This document shows positions 27,754-37,701 of a stretch of DNA of 64,000 nucleotides, piece after piece. The notes beneath the pieces were generated by a model. That model saw only the letters and a program-made list of their open reading frames with translations. It searched no databases and was not told the DNA's origin. The position numbers were made by a program, and so were the translations under genes. The DNA comes from a virus, in the IMG/VR virus record IMGVR_UViG_3300005541_000007, positions 16,386 through 80,385 of that record; one strand, written 5' to 3'. Positions within the stretch are counted from its first letter, which is position 1. Every line of letters starts with the position of its first letter.

Positions 27754-30731
27754 TGCCAAAAACTAGAGTCTTATATCCCACAGCACTATCAGGAACTAAT
27801 GATGGCACTACTTTTACAGCTAATGGTGCCACAATGGTTCTTGGTTATTCTGTTAATAGTGTAGCAAATGGTGTACAAGCTAATCTTAGATTTGATACTC
27901 ACTTAGTTGGTTGTGTTTATGATGGTACTGATCTTGCTTCTGTATCTCCTTGGACTACGGTAACATCTGCTTCTTATCAATTCCAAACTACAGACATTGG
28001 ATCAACGCTTTATATTCAAACTGCCGGTACAAACTTTACTGTAGGTAAATATACAATTACGGCTGTTTCAGCTAATGGTGCGGCTACATTAAATGCCGCT
28101 TGTGGATCAACCGGTGCTGCATCAGGCGCTACTTGGTTCTTAGGACCATTTAATACTCAACATGTAGTTGCTACTCAATTTCTTTCTACAGTTACCGCTG
28201 TTGGCGCTTCTGGTACACCGCATACTACTGATTTAACTGCCGCTACTGCTACTACAACTCCAGTTGTTTCTTCCATTTCATATACATTCTTAGCTACTGA
28301 TGTTGGCAATACAATTACAATTACCGCAGGAACTAACTGGCTTACAGGAACTTATACAATTGTTTCTGTTGCTGGTGGAAATGCTACATTAAATAAGGCT
28401 TGTGGTAGTTCCGCAACACTTACTGCCGGTACATGGTATGAAGGAACTCTCGCTGGAGCTAATCACCCATTTGCATTATGGGGAGCTAATTATCGAAGTG
28501 CATTAGGAATTGGAGAATATAATGTTTCTGCCAATAATCTTCAAACAGAATATCGTCAGCAAATTACACCGACTACTCTTCCATTAATTCCATCATTTAC
28601 TACAGCTACTTTTGCTGCTGCTGGCGGTTCACCTTACGCTGCTGTTTATGTTGTTCCTTCTAGATTCTTAAATGCTGGTGTTCCTGGTGATGCTAATATT
28701 TTCCCTGCAACTTTTGCTGGGGTTGACCTAGCTTCTTCAAATGGTACAAATGCTGCCCCATCAGTAACTTCCGCTTCACATACATTTACTCAAAGTGATG
28801 TTGGGCAACCGCTAAATATCTTAGCAGGAACTAACTGGACTACAGGAATATTTACTATTGTTTCTGTTGCTGGGGGTGCTGCTACATTAGACAGAGCGTG
28901 CGGAAGTTCTGCCTCCATTTCTGCGGGTATTTGGTATGAAGGTGGAACTTGTGACCTAGAAATTAGATTACTCGCTTCAGGAACGGTTACACAGACCGGT
29001 GATACGGTTACTGTACAAGGCCCCGCAAGCGTAGGAACTTATGCGTCAGGAATTTATTCAGGACAAACAGAAAAACCAACTCTAACAGTAGTTTCAATTT
29101 CACCCACCGAAATGTCTTCAGGACAATCTCCTTATCGAAAGGTTGCAATTGGCGCTGAAAGTTATTTTGCATATGATATTGAACCCGTAGAAGGATACGC
29201 TGTTGTAGGACAAAATATTCTTGATGTAGATTCAATTGGACTAACGCAGCAAGCAGCTAATCTTTTTGGTGCAGCACTATCTAATGAACGTGCTAGACCT
29301 CGTAAGGTAGCTATTGGAAGAACCGGTTCTGGTGGAAATATTTCATTTGAACTTACTCCCGAAAAATGGACTAAACTTCTTACTGGATTGATGAAGATTG
29401 TTTCAATTCTTGATTCTAACGGTAATGAACTTGGAAATGCAACCATCTTCAATGGTCCTGTTAGTGGAACTGATCTTACTTCAACTAATGCAACTAGTCT
29501 TAATCCGGTAGTTACATCAGCTAGTAGAAACTTTGGAATTACTGATTTAGATCAAACTATTGTTGTTACTGCCGGTACAAACTGGACTACAGGAACTTAT
29601 ACGGTAGTTGGAGTATTTGGAGCAGGAGCAGCAGGAGCGCCGCTTAATGGAGCAGTCCTAAACAAAGCCTGTGGTTCAGCCGCATCTATTTCTGGTGGAA
29701 CTTGGGTAGAAAGTGGTCCTGCACCAACTACAGCTAATACTACAATTGCACTTGCTACAGTTACCTCCAATATTACAACTTTTTCAAGTACAGGACCGTA
29801 TACATATCAATTTAGAACTTGTCAATCTAGTCAAGTAAACTCATTTACAGGAATTGTAAAGAAAGGATCATTCCGAAAGGTTTATCCAGGTCTTAAAGTT
29901 TCTTCAATGTCATTTTCTGTTGGACTAGATAATCTTGTAAGAGCTACAGTAGATTTTGCAGGACTTGATGAATTTACCTACGATCAAACATCATTCGGAC
30001 TCTCAGGTGATGAAATTGTACTTTCAACGAGTGCAGGATATGATACTATTACAAATAGTGTTTGGTCCTATGTTGATGGTGTTTGTGCCCTCGGCTCCAT
30101 GACTGATAGTTATACACAAGCTACTACAATTAATCTTTCTAATGATCTTAGAGAACGAAGAGGATTAAACGGTAAGCGTGGTCCTGTTAGTCATTATGCA
30201 CAAGGATTTAGTGCAAGTACAAACCTTACACTCTATTCTGAGACAGAACAACATCTTAGAAAATTTCTTGGTGTACAATATCAAGGATTTCCATTTAAAC
30301 CAGGAAAGGTTATTAACTTTGATGCTTATTCATTAACTTTTGGTAGGCAAGATATTTCTGATCTTCTTCAGTTCTATATGCCAAAGACAATGTTTGTTAC
30401 TCTTGCTGATCCTATTCAGGGCGAAGATGTAATTATGTTGTCTGGTGATATGATTGGAATTTATGATTATCAAAACTGGAACTCTAATATTGTAGTTACA
30501 CTTACAACCAGCGAAGTGCCATCAGCGTTCTTCCCATCTACTAATTATATTACGGTCTATCCTCCTGATACTACAGGTATTCAAACGCAGGGTAACCTTA
30601 ATTATCTTCCTGTTAATCCAACTAGTCCTATCATTGATCCTTATGCTCCCGGTGGTGCTGGTGGTGGGGGTGCAGGTAGTGGTTCTAGCGGTACTGCTGG
30701 CGGTGGTTCTGGTATTGGACCTTCTGGATAA
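27753..30731 (+). CDS. Major tail tube protein with four copies of a ~70-aa accessory module
   Basis: C-terminal tube-like motifs GGNISFELTPE, SFT..KKG...YPGLKVSSMSFS; precedes chaperone and tape measure. Confidence 0.7.
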   Translation: MPKTRVLYPTALSGTNDGTTFTANGATMVLGYSVNSVANGVQANLRFDTHLVGCVYDGTDLASVSPWTTVTSASYQFQTTDIGSTLYIQTAGTNFTVGKYTITAVSANGAATLNAACGSTGAASGATWFLGPFNTQHVVATQFLSTVTAVGASGTPHTTDLTAATATTTPVVSSISYTFLATDVGNTITITAGTNWLTGTYTIVSVAGGNATLNKACGSSATLTAGTWYEGTLAGANHPFALWGANYRSALGIGEYNVSANNLQTEYRQQITPTTLPLIPSFTTATFAAAGGSPYAAVYVVPSRFLNAGVPGDANIFPATFAGVDLASSNGTNAAPSVTSASHTFTQSDVGQPLNILAGTNWTTGIFTIVSVAGGAATLDRACGSSASISAGIWYEGGTCDLEIRLLASGTVTQTGDTVTVQGPASVGTYASGIYSGQTEKPTLTVVSISPTEMSSGQSPYRKVAIGAESYFAYDIEPVEGYAVVGQNILDVDSIGLTQQAANLFGAALSNERARPRKVAIGRTGSGGNISFELTPEKWTKLLTGLMKIVSILDSNGNELGNATIFNGPVSGTDLTSTNATSLNPVVTSASRNFGITDLDQTIVVTAGTNWTTGTYTVVGVFGAGAAGAPLNGAVLNKACGSAASISGGTWVESGPAPTTANTTIALATVTSNITTFSSTGPYTYQFRTCQSSQVNSFTGIVKKGSFRKVYPGLKVSSMSFSVGLDNLVRATVDFAGLDEFTYDQTSFGLSGDEIVLSTSAGYDTITNSVWSYVDGVCALGSMTDSYTQATTINLSNDLRERRGLNGKRGPVSHYAQGFSASTNLTLYSETEQHLRKFLGVQYQGFPFKPGKVINFDAYSLTFGRQDISDLLQFYMPKTMFVTLADPIQGEDVIMLSGDMIGIYDYQNWNSNIVVTLTTSEVPSAFFPSTNYITVYPPDTTGIQTQGNLNYLPVNPTSPIIDPYAPGGAGGGGAGSGSSGTAGGGSGIGPSG

Positions 30732-30793
30732 ATTTACTTGATTTAAAGTAGTAAAATGTGGTATTGTGTAATAAGCAATACCACATTTTTATT

Positions 30794-31549
30794 ATGGAAC
30801 CAACACTACCTATTCGTAAACCACAATCTTCTACACCTAACGTACCAAAACCACCCGAAAAGAAAAATATTAAAGGACAGCGATCATTTGTAAAAATGCT
30901 AGATGATCGTAAATATCTTATTGATGGTATTGAAGAATATAATGATGAAGGAGAACTTATTGATCCTTGGCGAGAAGGAAATACCTACATCCTTGTAAAA
31001 CCACTCTCAGCAGAACATTATATTAGATATAATTTAGAAAATGGAGAAACTATTGATAAAACTACAACTCTCATTATGGGATTTGAATTCTTGCAATATC
31101 AACGCTATCTAAAAAAGCAAGAAGGTGAAGATGTACCCATGATTGAAGTTAATCAAGATGGTGCATATCTAATTCCAGAAGTAGGTTATCTTTACGGTGA
31201 TCCTGCTATTGCTAGGTTAAATCTTTGTGCTTATATTATGTCCTGTCATGGTAAGATTGTAGGATTTGATGAATTTGGTAAATATATTCTACATCCAATT
31301 TCACAAAAAGAAATTCTAAATCTTTTACCTGGAAACTTTGCAAATATTGTAGTTAATGAAGAAACTCAAGAAACAGTATTCTACGAACTTCTTAAAGTAT
31401 CAGCAGTTTTTAATTCAGATACGATTGAAAAGGAACTTGTTAAAGATGCAGAACTAAAGGAAGATGAACTAAAAAACTTACCCAGCAAGAACGGGAATAC
31501 CAAATCAGGCAAAAAGCCCTCAAAAACTCAAAACGAAATAATCGAATAA
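30794..31549 (+). CDS. Tail assembly chaperone (gpG-like)
   Basis: Between tube and tape measure; slippery A AAA AAC at 31471-31477. Confidence 0.7.
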   Translation: MEPTLPIRKPQSSTPNVPKPPEKKNIKGQRSFVKMLDDRKYLIDGIEEYNDEGELIDPWREGNTYILVKPLSAEHYIRYNLENGETIDKTTTLIMGFEFLQYQRYLKKQEGEDVPMIEVNQDGAYLIPEVGYLYGDPAIARLNLCAYIMSCHGKIVGFDEFGKYILHPISQKEILNLLPGNFANIVVNEETQETVFYELLKVSAVFNSDTIEKELVKDAELKEDELKNLPSKNGNTKSGKKPSKTQNEIIE

Positions 31550-31761
31550 ATAATAACTCTATCCAAAATCCATTAGCTAAATCATTTGATGAACAAATGG
31601 AAGGTGAAGATTGGGGTAGAGTTTTATATTTAGTTGCTAATAAATGTGGTATTAAATGGCCTGAAGTTCTTAAACTAGAACAGTATATGCTAATTGCATA
31701 TTATGAAGAAGCGGTTTATGATGAACAATTACAAATATATAATCGTGCAAGTAGTTTATAA
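31471..31761 (+). CDS. -1 frameshift extension of the chaperone (gpGT-like)
   Basis: -1 frame is open from the slippery site to TAA 31759-31761 (...WGRVLYLVANKCGIKWPEVLKL...). Confidence 0.75.
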   Translation, partial: KKLTQQEREYQIRQKALKNSKRNNRINNNSIQNPLAKSFDEQMEGEDWGRVLYLVANKCGIKWPEVLKLEQYMLIAYYEEAVYDEQLQIYNRASSL

Positions 31762-31782
31762 GGTATACATAAATAAGAAGAA

Positions 31783-34700
31783 ATGGCTGGTAACGAACAA
31801 GTATTTGTTGAATTAGGAATAGGTTTAAATCTACAAGAAGCCGAAAAGGTTAAAAAGGGTCTTCGTGACATTCTTTCAGAAGGAATGGCTACTAATGCAT
31901 TTTATAGACAAAATGCAGCAGGACAGTTTATTAATCAAAGAGGACAATTTGTTTCTCACAGCGAGGTAGGTACCTATGTAGGGCGTCAAATGGCGCTAAG
32001 TGCTGCGGCGAGTACCGGACGTATAGACTCATATATTCCAGGATCAGGTAGAGGTCCTAATTTTACTAATGTATATGGACAAAATACACAATCCGCAGAT
32101 CAAGCATATAAAGTTGCAATAAGAAATGCAGAGAAATTACAAAAAGATTTAGATAAATTACAGCAACAAACCGCAAATAGGGTAAATTCTTCCATCAATC
32201 AACAAGTAAAAGATTTTGAAAAAGCAGAAAAACTTAAAACACAAATAGCAAAAGCAGAATCTAATGCACGAATAAAACAAGAGGAATTAGAAGCTGCTAA
32301 AAAATTAGAAATACAAAAAAAGTTTCAAGCACTTTCTCCACTAGGAAAACTAAATGCATGGATGCACGGCGGTACTCCACAAGCCATAGAAAATGCAGGA
32401 CGTGCAGGTTCACCACCAATCGTACCTTTTGGAAGAGGAAATAATTCTCTATTTAATGAGTTTAATCATCGAACTACAAATGTTGCACAACTTGCTGGAG
32501 TATCTTTATATGGATTAGGTGCTGTAGGTGCTGGAGTATACGGAGTAAAACAATCTTTTGATGCTGCTGCTGAAATGAAACGTTCAGAACTTGCACTGAC
32601 GGGAATTGTAAATACTTATTATAAATTTTTAGATGCACAAGGTAAATCAGTATCTAATGCAGAAAATCTAAATCGTGCAGTTCAACACAGTCACGAATTA
32701 TATCAAAAAATTGCACAAGTAGCACCTAAAGCATTAATGTCAACACAAGATTTGGCAGATGTTTATACTGCTAATTTAGGATTACTTGCATCTAAACGTG
32801 GAGGGATTACATCGGGAAATAAAGCGGGATACAATGAAGATCAAATGCTTGAAATTATATCTAAGGTTGCTGAACTTAGAGGATTATTTGGTGACCAAGC
32901 AGGATCATTAACAGCTAATTTACAACCTTTTGGTACGGGCGTATTAAATAGACGTTCTGCTAGAACTCTACAAAATATCGGACTATCAACAGATACATGG
33001 CAATCTACTGCTAAAACAGAAGGTCCACAAGGACTATTTAATTTATTTGAAAAAGCAATAGAAAAGTTTAAACCAGTTCTAGATTCAATTGCTAATTCTC
33101 CCGAAGGTAAGATGAAGGAATTAGATGCTGCTTTTGTAAAAATGAAGCAGACTATTGGCGTAGAACTTATGCCAGTAATTCTTCCTTTTATGGAACGATT
33201 GTCTGCATCAGTACAACGATGGGTTTCATCCGGGGCGGCTAAAAGATTTGGGGATGATGTAGCGGGAGTATTAGCAGCACTAGGTAAAGTAGCAACCGGC
33301 ACTATTTCTATTCTTTCAGGGTTTAAAGGAAATTTGGCTGAAGTATTAGGTCTAGCGGGTTTTCTAGGAGTAGTAGGAGTATTTGTAAAAGGAATGGCGG
33401 TTAAAGCTGTAGAAGCTAGAGCCGGGGTAGTAGGATTTCTTGGAGTTATAGGATTATTAGTTACTGGATTATTTACTTATATACAACAAGTAAGAGAGGG
33501 CCAACAAGGAATTGAAAAAGGTGCTATTGGACTTAGTGGACAACTATCTGGAGTAAGTCCTATGCAAATAAATGCTGCTGGTATGCAATTAAATCAAGAC
33601 TTTCCCGGGGGAACAGGATTTTTACCACAAGCACAATTAGCAACTGAATATTTAGGGGTTACAAAGGCGTATAATCAAGCAGCTAGGCAAGCGTATAATA
33701 AAGAACAACAGTTATTTAAAGGTGTACCTGGAGCAGGAAGAGAAAGTTTTGAATCATGGCTAAATAGGCAATCTGGTAAGACACGCGGGGAAGAGGCTAT
33801 AGGACCATATGTAGCAGCACTTAGAGAAACAGGAAAATACTTTATAGGGCAAGAACCGAATGATGCCGCAGTTGCCGCAGAGTGGAATACATATTGGTCT
33901 AGTGAACATGCAAATTTAAATAAACAACAAGATGCGTTAAGTGCATTTGAAAAAAATAATGCTGGATTTATTTCAGGATTACCCCTAACAAATAAAGCAG
34001 CATATCTTTTAGCTATGTCTCAACGTGGTAAAAATATTAATTCCGCTATATCCTCCGCTAATTCATCAGTTGTAGGTACTGGGGGAGTAGGGGGAGCAAG
34101 TGGAATTATTGGAGCAGCTTTTCGAGGAACAAAACCTTTTAATGTGGTTGGTAATACTGATTTAACCCCCCCACCTAAAGTCACAGGCGGTGACCCAGGA
34201 ATACAATATACTACACCAGATCGCTCAGATACTATTATGGCGATTGCTAAAGCACAAGCAGATGTAGCATTTAGTCAAGAATACATTGATGCAATGCCAA
34301 CCAATACACCGGCAGATCGTATTGCTAAAGCTTCTGCAATTATGCGGTTACAACAGAAACAAGAAATACTAGCTAGGGCGCAATATAGAGATAAAATGCA
34401 GGGATTATCGGGTGATCCCGTAGCATTTAAGAAAGGGTTACAAGTATCTCCACTACCTGATGATCCCGCTACTGCTTTTAAACTATTATCACATAATACT
34501 AAAAATCAAAATGAAGCATTACAAGCATATAAAGATGAATTAAATAGACAAGAAATATCTAAACGTGCAGCATTACGAGGGTCAAGAGAAGAATTACAAG
34601 CGGGATTTTCAGAATATTCGCGCTTAGCTACAGCGGGAGCAGCAGGAGTAGCAGATAGTTTTGCATTACGTGGAACATTAGCAGCAGGAACAGGTGGAAG

Positions 34701-36222
34701 TGCTACTGCTGTTTATAGTGCTAAGATGCAAGAATTAAATCAACGAGAAGTTGAAGCACGTATTAGACTTAATGAATCGCGTAAACTACAATATATGGGA
34801 GCATTTATTTCTGGTAATGGTCCCGCCACACAAGAAGCAACTAATGCTATGAATGCAGAACTTGCTAAAATAGCAGTAGAGAAACAAACAGTAAAGTTTG
34901 CATATAATAGAGAACAGGCACAATTTACTACAGAAATGGCCTTTAACGCAGCACAGCGAGGTATAGGAATATCCTCGCTGGGAATGAGTAGTCTTAATTT
35001 CGCGGGACGTAGAAGTATTGCAGAAGCTACATTTAATGCAGAGATAGCAAGAGCTAACGGTACATATAGCCCACAGGAGCGTCTAGGTAACCCACAGACA
35101 GCCGCAAGATATATAGATGCAGTAAACTCAGCACGAGCAGCATACACTAAAAATTTATTTGAAATTAATGCTTCCGCAGGACAAAACGAAGTAGAAATGT
35201 TTATGGCCGCACATGCTGAAGGGATGGGCCAATCAGGACCACAAGGACAAATAGCATTAAAGAATTATAGAATTGCTTTAGCTAATCAAAGAATTAAGGG
35301 CGCTAATCTATCAACACCAGAAGGAGTAAAAAGTGCCGAATCAGATTCCTTATTAATTCAAGCAATAGAAAAGCAAATTAAAGCTATTGAAGCAAATACA
35401 GTATATCTAGGAATATTATCAGGTAAAAGCTTAGAAGCAGCAAAATCTGCTGCATATGGAAGTGCGGCACCTGGATTTGTCGGTTCAATGGCAGACACAT
35501 TTAATACTCAGGCTGCATATTATACAAGTTTACAGGGGGATGATTTAACAAAGTTTGCAGCAGCTAGAGGCGTTAGAACTGTAGGAAGAACACCTGAACA
35601 AATACGAAATGATTTACAGATTCAAGATTATGGTTCAGCGCATAAAGGATTTCAATTAGGTGCAGCAGCAGATGCCGCTGTAGGGGCGTTGATGGGACCA
35701 AAACGAAGTCTTACTATTGGAAGTGTAATTGAAGCCGTAGGAGGAAGTCAAAACTCATTGTTAAATAATGCATTAAGAGATATTCAACGACAAGGAACAT
35801 CAGTAACTAAAAATGGAGTAACCCTTCCAGGTAAATTAATTAATGGCGGTAATATCGGAGATTATGGACAAATACTTGCATCAGTGATTGGTGGTAATCT
35901 TGGTGGAGATTCTAGATCGGGATCAAGTATTGGTGGTGCAATTGGCTCAGGAATAGGAAGTATTATTCCAGGATTAGGAACGGTTACTGGTGGAATTTTA
36001 GGTACATTAGGTGGTGGACTTATTGGTTCATTATTTGGTAGACAAGAAGACCCCGCTACAGCCGCTTATCGAAGAAAGATCGCAGAATTACTTACTAGAA
36101 TTGATAAATCTTTACGTCCCGTAGGAGATTACTATAGAACTAAGGTTAATGTTTATTCTGCTGCTTCAGCTTACGTGGGCGGTAGAGCATTAGGCGCGGG
36201 TGATCGGTTAGGTGCTATTTAA
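31783..36222 (+). CDS. Tape measure protein
   Basis: 1479 aa, Ala/Gly-rich helical, hydrophobic stretches, G-rich C-terminal repeats. Confidence 0.9.
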   Translation: MAGNEQVFVELGIGLNLQEAEKVKKGLRDILSEGMATNAFYRQNAAGQFINQRGQFVSHSEVGTYVGRQMALSAAASTGRIDSYIPGSGRGPNFTNVYGQNTQSADQAYKVAIRNAEKLQKDLDKLQQQTANRVNSSINQQVKDFEKAEKLKTQIAKAESNARIKQEELEAAKKLEIQKKFQALSPLGKLNAWMHGGTPQAIENAGRAGSPPIVPFGRGNNSLFNEFNHRTTNVAQLAGVSLYGLGAVGAGVYGVKQSFDAAAEMKRSELALTGIVNTYYKFLDAQGKSVSNAENLNRAVQHSHELYQKIAQVAPKALMSTQDLADVYTANLGLLASKRGGITSGNKAGYNEDQMLEIISKVAELRGLFGDQAGSLTANLQPFGTGVLNRRSARTLQNIGLSTDTWQSTAKTEGPQGLFNLFEKAIEKFKPVLDSIANSPEGKMKELDAAFVKMKQTIGVELMPVILPFMERLSASVQRWVSSGAAKRFGDDVAGVLAALGKVATGTISILSGFKGNLAEVLGLAGFLGVVGVFVKGMAVKAVEARAGVVGFLGVIGLLVTGLFTYIQQVREGQQGIEKGAIGLSGQLSGVSPMQINAAGMQLNQDFPGGTGFLPQAQLATEYLGVTKAYNQAARQAYNKEQQLFKGVPGAGRESFESWLNRQSGKTRGEEAIGPYVAALRETGKYFIGQEPNDAAVAAEWNTYWSSEHANLNKQQDALSAFEKNNAGFISGLPLTNKAAYLLAMSQRGKNINSAISSANSSVVGTGGVGGASGIIGAAFRGTKPFNVVGNTDLTPPPKVTGGDPGIQYTTPDRSDTIMAIAKAQADVAFSQEYIDAMPTNTPADRIAKASAIMRLQQKQEILARAQYRDKMQGLSGDPVAFKKGLQVSPLPDDPATAFKLLSHNTKNQNEALQAYKDELNRQEISKRAALRGSREELQAGFSEYSRLATAGAAGVADSFALRGTLAAGTGGSATAVYSAKMQELNQREVEARIRLNESRKLQYMGAFISGNGPATQEATNAMNAELAKIAVEKQTVKFAYNREQAQFTTEMAFNAAQRGIGISSLGMSSLNFAGRRSIAEATFNAEIARANGTYSPQERLGNPQTAARYIDAVNSARAAYTKNLFEINASAGQNEVEMFMAAHAEGMGQSGPQGQIALKNYRIALANQRIKGANLSTPEGVKSAESDSLLIQAIEKQIKAIEANTVYLGILSGKSLEAAKSAAYGSAAPGFVGSMADTFNTQAAYYTSLQGDDLTKFAAARGVRTVGRTPEQIRNDLQIQDYGSAHKGFQLGAAADAAVGALMGPKRSLTIGSVIEAVGGSQNSLLNNALRDIQRQGTSVTKNGVTLPGKLINGGNIGDYGQILASVIGGNLGGDSRSGSSIGGAIGSGIGSIIPGLGTVTGGILGTLGGGLIGSLFGRQEDPATAAYRRKIAELLTRIDKSLRPVGDYYRTKVNVYSAASAYVGGRALGAGDRLGAI

Positions 36223-36933
36223 ATGTCAGTTTCCGGCTTATTTAACATTGAAGATAGATTTATCGTTCAAGGTGTGCAATTTGGTTGTACACCAGGATCA
36301 TTTGAACCAGTACAACAATCTATGTATCAAGTAAGGTCTAGAACTACTCCTATGCTTTATGGGCGTAATTTAACTGTAGTGCAACGGCCTGAAGATGTAG
36401 GAGGAAATGATATTAACTCTAGACAAATATATCATCAAGCATGGGAAGCTACATGGGATGCAGATTCTTTTATGTATGCAGATATGAAAGATTTTTTAAT
36501 GAATTTACAAACTACCAATACTTCCTTCTGGTTACAATATGACGACCATATGAGTAGAGTAGGAGGATATTTAATTCCCGTAGATACAACTTATCTTACA
36601 TATGCAACACCCACCTATCCAATAGAACCATTTGCTAATACTCCTACTACACCACAATCTTATTCAAATCATATCTATGTAGACGGTGTACCTATATCAG
36701 CAGGGTATACTGTAGATAATGAACGGGGTATAGTATTGTTTGGTACACCTTATACCTCTAGTAATGTATTAACTATGGATTATACATGGAAGTGTTATTG
36801 TAGAATTTCTGAATGTGTGTTAGAACCTGTGGATTATCCTCAAGGAATATATGTTGGTAAGGTACTTTTTCAGCAGATGCCGCCCAACAACTCAGATACC
36901 GCGTGGAGTATACAAATTCCTCTGAACAGGTAA
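36223..36933 (+). CDS. Distal tail-like protein (DUF2460-like)
   Basis: IYVDGV...YTVD...GIVLF..P....VLT.DY; follows the tape measure. Confidence 0.55.
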   Translation: MSVSGLFNIEDRFIVQGVQFGCTPGSFEPVQQSMYQVRSRTTPMLYGRNLTVVQRPEDVGGNDINSRQIYHQAWEATWDADSFMYADMKDFLMNLQTTNTSFWLQYDDHMSRVGGYLIPVDTTYLTYATPTYPIEPFANTPTTPQSYSNHIYVDGVPISAGYTVDNERGIVLFGTPYTSSNVLTMDYTWKCYCRISECVLEPVDYPQGIYVGKVLFQQMPPNNSDTAWSIQIPLNR

Positions 36934-36936
36934 ACC

Positions 36937-37701
36937 ATGTCTACTACGCTATTTCCAAACGTTTTCATCGTAAGAGGCGTCCAATTTGTAACTTCCCCCG
37001 GCAAATGGACTGCTATTAATCAATCTCCTTACGGCGTTAGAGAATCAGTTGTAGGTACCGCCGATGGTTCTAATTTAGTAACTGTGCATACTCCAGCAGA
37101 TATTCTTAATACCGGAATAGGAATATCACAAAGAGTAAATAAAAACCAAGCATTTACAGGTACTTGGGAACAAGGATCATGGATGGATAATACAATGTAT
37201 AATTACTTAAAACAATTGTATGAAACTAATACTCCTTTTTGGCTACAGTTTGATGATGAAATGTCTAGAACTGCTAATCCTGTGATGTTTGCTAATCCTA
37301 GTGGAGATTTACAAACATTTTTCTCTCCGACATATCCAGCATTTCCGTATGGATTTACGCCTTCTAATATTGCTTTTCATTCTGAATCTATGGTCTACGA
37401 TACGACTAAGTTTTTTATAAATAATGTATCAGGTGTAGGTGCTTTAACCCTATTATACAACCAAGAATTTGGGATATATAAAACTAGCGCACCACTCTCA
37501 GCAGGAGCAATTTTTTCAGGATTATATACTTGGAGACTATATTGTAGAATTACAAGTTTTATTATGCATGGTTTCGGGCTTGCGGACCATGTTTACAGCG
37601 GGTCCGTAACGTTCGAGGGTTTGAAATTTCCATACTTAGACGTGGATTATTATAACATAATTATCCCCGGACTAACTACAAATGTATGGGAGAATAATTA
37701 A
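36937..37701 (+). CDS. Distal tail-like protein, paralog of 36223..36933
   Basis: Shares FIV.GVQF...PG, TNT.FWLQ.DD.MSR, PTYP, YTW..YCRI. Confidence 0.55.
   Translation: MSTTLFPNVFIVRGVQFVTSPGKWTAINQSPYGVRESVVGTADGSNLVTVHTPADILNTGIGISQRVNKNQAFTGTWEQGSWMDNTMYNYLKQLYETNTPFWLQFDDEMSRTANPVMFANPSGDLQTFFSPTYPAFPYGFTPSNIAFHSESMVYDTTKFFINNVSGVGALTLLYNQEFGIYKTSAPLSAGAIFSGLYTWRLYCRITSFIMHGFGLADHVYSGSVTFEGLKFPYLDVDYYNIIIPGLTTNVWENN

Noticed and set aside
32841-35147. Minus-strand ORFs inside the tape measure (and similar ones in capsid, tube, helicase and GT genes)
   Set aside because: Antisense shadows arising from codon bias; no RBS or motifs.
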